Virus record (IMG/VR): IMGVR_UViG_3300011338_000321
Coordinates: 1 to 26,450 of that record
Source: a virus
Lineage: Duplodnaviria; Caudoviricetes
Reading direction: 5' to 3' (one strand)
DNA: 26,450 nucleotides
In this document: positions 24,895 to 26,450 of the stretch, in pieces
How positions within the stretch are numbered: the stretch's first letter is position 1
Layout of the letters: each line of letters starts with the position of its first letter
Translations under genes and position numbers: made by a program
Notes under the pieces: generated by a model
Database searches by the model: none
Told to the model about the DNA's origin: nothing
What the model saw: only the letters and a program-made list of their open reading frames with translations

Positions 24895-26340
24895 TTAAGC
24901 GAAGTAACGAACTGCTAAGTCTGTTGGCTTAGTTAAGTCGAATACACTGCTAGCTGCTGTGGCATTAGGTACATAACCTTGAGCAGTAAAGTTAATAGCG
25001 GTTGATACAACCTGCTGAACGTCAATGGTTGGAATACCTAGAGTAATAGCAGGCATTTCTAAAACTACTCTGTTACCAGTAGCTCCACCAATATTAACAC
25101 TTAGTGCGAACATAGGCTCAATGTTTGTGGCAGATTCTGCTAGCAAGTCAGCTAGTAGTTCGCCTGTTTCTTTTGAGGTACCTGTACGTAAGTAGGCATT
25201 TAGGGTACCAGTAATTGCGCGAGTACCTGTGTAGTAGGTAACAGGAGCATTTACAGTGCCTAGGTTAGCTGGTGTAATATAGGTAATATTGTTGCTTAGG
25301 GTAAAGCTGCCACCAGTAATAGGCATGGTATATGCGTCACCTGCTGCGATGCTAGTACCAATTGCTTTTACTGCGCTTAGGGCAACAGTGCTTAGCTTGT
25401 TGGTAATATAACCAGCTGCCGTATCTTTTACTTGGTAAGCACCAGTTCCTACGTCTGCTGTAGTTCCACCTGCGAAAGTACCTGCATTAGCAGATACGCC
25501 TGTAGCAAACTGACGTAGAGCTGTAGCTTGACCAGTCCACTGAGCTGTAGCAATAGCATCTAAGCCGAAATCAACAGTAACTTGGTTTAGTGCACAATTA
25601 TCAACTGCGTATAGTACGTTGTCTACTAAGAACAACATTCCAAACTTTTGTAGTTGGTTTTTATCACTAGGGCCTGAAGTTGCTTGGCTGTACGTTGTGT
25701 TTGACTCGCTCCAAGAAGCTTTAGTCCACTTTACAGTACTAGCAGTTACTAAGATGCTGCCTGTAATGGCTACAGTAGCAAAGTTAAATAACTGAACAGT
25801 AATGCTGGTAGCAGTTGAAGTTACTACAGTACCTGAGTTGTTTAGGAACTTGTCGTTGCCGGCAGGAGTAGAAGTGGCGATACCTGAAAGAGTAATAACG
25901 TCACCTACTACAGGCAACGGAGTCATGCCAGTACCAGCAATAGTAACTAAGCCAGTAGCGCTTGCTGTTACAGCACTTACGCCTGACATAGTACTGTATA
26001 CAATAGCAGCATCACTTAACAGTGCATTCCATAGTACTGATTCTTCACAAGTAATTTTTGTAGTTTGATTACGTGGACGAATATAAGTAGAGAACGAAAA
26101 GTCAACAGGTGCTAGTGAAGTGTTGAATGAACGCTGACCGCGTACAGGAGCAACACCTGCTTCTGAAATAGTAACTGTTTCAGCGTTTACGTTTTGTGAG
26201 AATGTAAACCCGTCTAGAACTTGGATTTCTTGAGTATTGGTTGCAGAGAATGCAGTTACACTGGCAGCTTTTACGTCGCCGTCAGCGTCTACGTTTGTAG
26301 TAAAGAATACTTTACTATTACGGACTAAATTTAATGCCAT
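24895..26340 (-). CDS. Major tail tube protein, T5 pb6-like
   Basis: AAAGGA RBS; LVRNSKVF...TQEIQVLD...SEAG..PVRGQRSFNTSL..FSFSTYIRP, YITNKLS, NNITYITP and TGTRAITGTLNAYL match my recollection of T5 pb6 motifs. Confidence 0.93.
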   Translation of the reverse strand: MALNLVRNSKVFFTTNVDADGDVKAASVTAFSATNTQEIQVLDGFTFSQNVNAETVTISEAGVAPVRGQRSFNTSLAPVDFSFSTYIRPRNQTTKITCEESVLWNALLSDAAIVYSTMSGVSAVTASATGLVTIAGTGMTPLPVVGDVITLSGIATSTPAGNDKFLNNSGTVVTSTATSITVQLFNFATVAITGSILVTASTVKWTKASWSESNTTYSQATSGPSDKNQLQKFGMLFLVDNVLYAVDNCALNQVTVDFGLDAIATAQWTGQATALRQFATGVSANAGTFAGGTTADVGTGAYQVKDTAAGYITNKLSTVALSAVKAIGTSIAAGDAYTMPITGGSFTLSNNITYITPANLGTVNAPVTYYTGTRAITGTLNAYLRTGTSKETGELLADLLAESATNIEPMFALSVNIGGATGNRVVLEMPAITLGIPTIDVQQVVSTAINFTAQGYVPNATAASSVFDLTKPTDLAVRYFA

Positions 26341-26414
26341 GACATTTCCTTTGTGGATTGGTGCAGTACCACGATGACTAGACTTTTATCTGTGTTGTGG
26401 CGGAGCACTAGGGT

Positions 26415-26450
26415 TTACTGAAGTGCATACCGCACTTGTAAGTTTATTTC
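26415..26450 (-). CDS. 3' end of the upstream gene, probably the tail terminator (partial)
   Basis: Minus strand reads EINLQVRYALQ-stop from the window edge; position upstream of the tail tube gene fits T5-like order. Only 11 residues are visible. Confidence 0.45.
   Translation of the reverse strand, partial: EINLQVRYALQ

Larger units (their letters stand above)
1..26450 (-). mobile_element. Bacteriophage genome segment: tail morphogenesis, fibre and lysis module (T5-like siphovirus tail core)
   Basis: Co-oriented major tail protein, chaperones, tape measure, tip, fibre, holin and endolysin genes; no cellular housekeeping genes, integrase or att site in the window. Confidence 0.96.

Overview
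The whole window is the tail and lysis region of a tailed phage with a T5-like (Demerecviridae-like) siphovirus tail core, read almost entirely on the minus strand. In transcription order (right to left) it encodes: the 3' end of a probable tail terminator, a T5 pb6-like major tail protein, a G/GT-type tail chaperone pair with a candidate -1 frameshift, a free-standing GIY-YIG endonuclease in the opposite orientation, a ~2,240-aa tape measure protein with its own sigma70 promoter, a hub-like protein, a central fibre, a fibre chaperone and a Dit-like protein. A second promoter then drives a ~10 kb accessory fibre unit (collar-like protein, collagen linker, two related fibre proteins, small acidic protein, 1,924-aa repeat adhesin), followed by a holin and a GH24 endolysin cut by the window edge. 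Most unusual: (i) the accessory fibre genes show a recurring C-terminal (D/E)GGx(F/Y) end paired with a conserved N-terminal domain on the next gene, suggesting a plug-and-socket chained fibre; (ii) the unit's promoter is a near-perfect palindrome reading TTGCAT-N17-TATAAT on both strands, followed by a strongly structured leader; (iii) a 192-bp module is shared between the two fibre genes. All protein assignments come from motif recognition and gene order; no database search was run.
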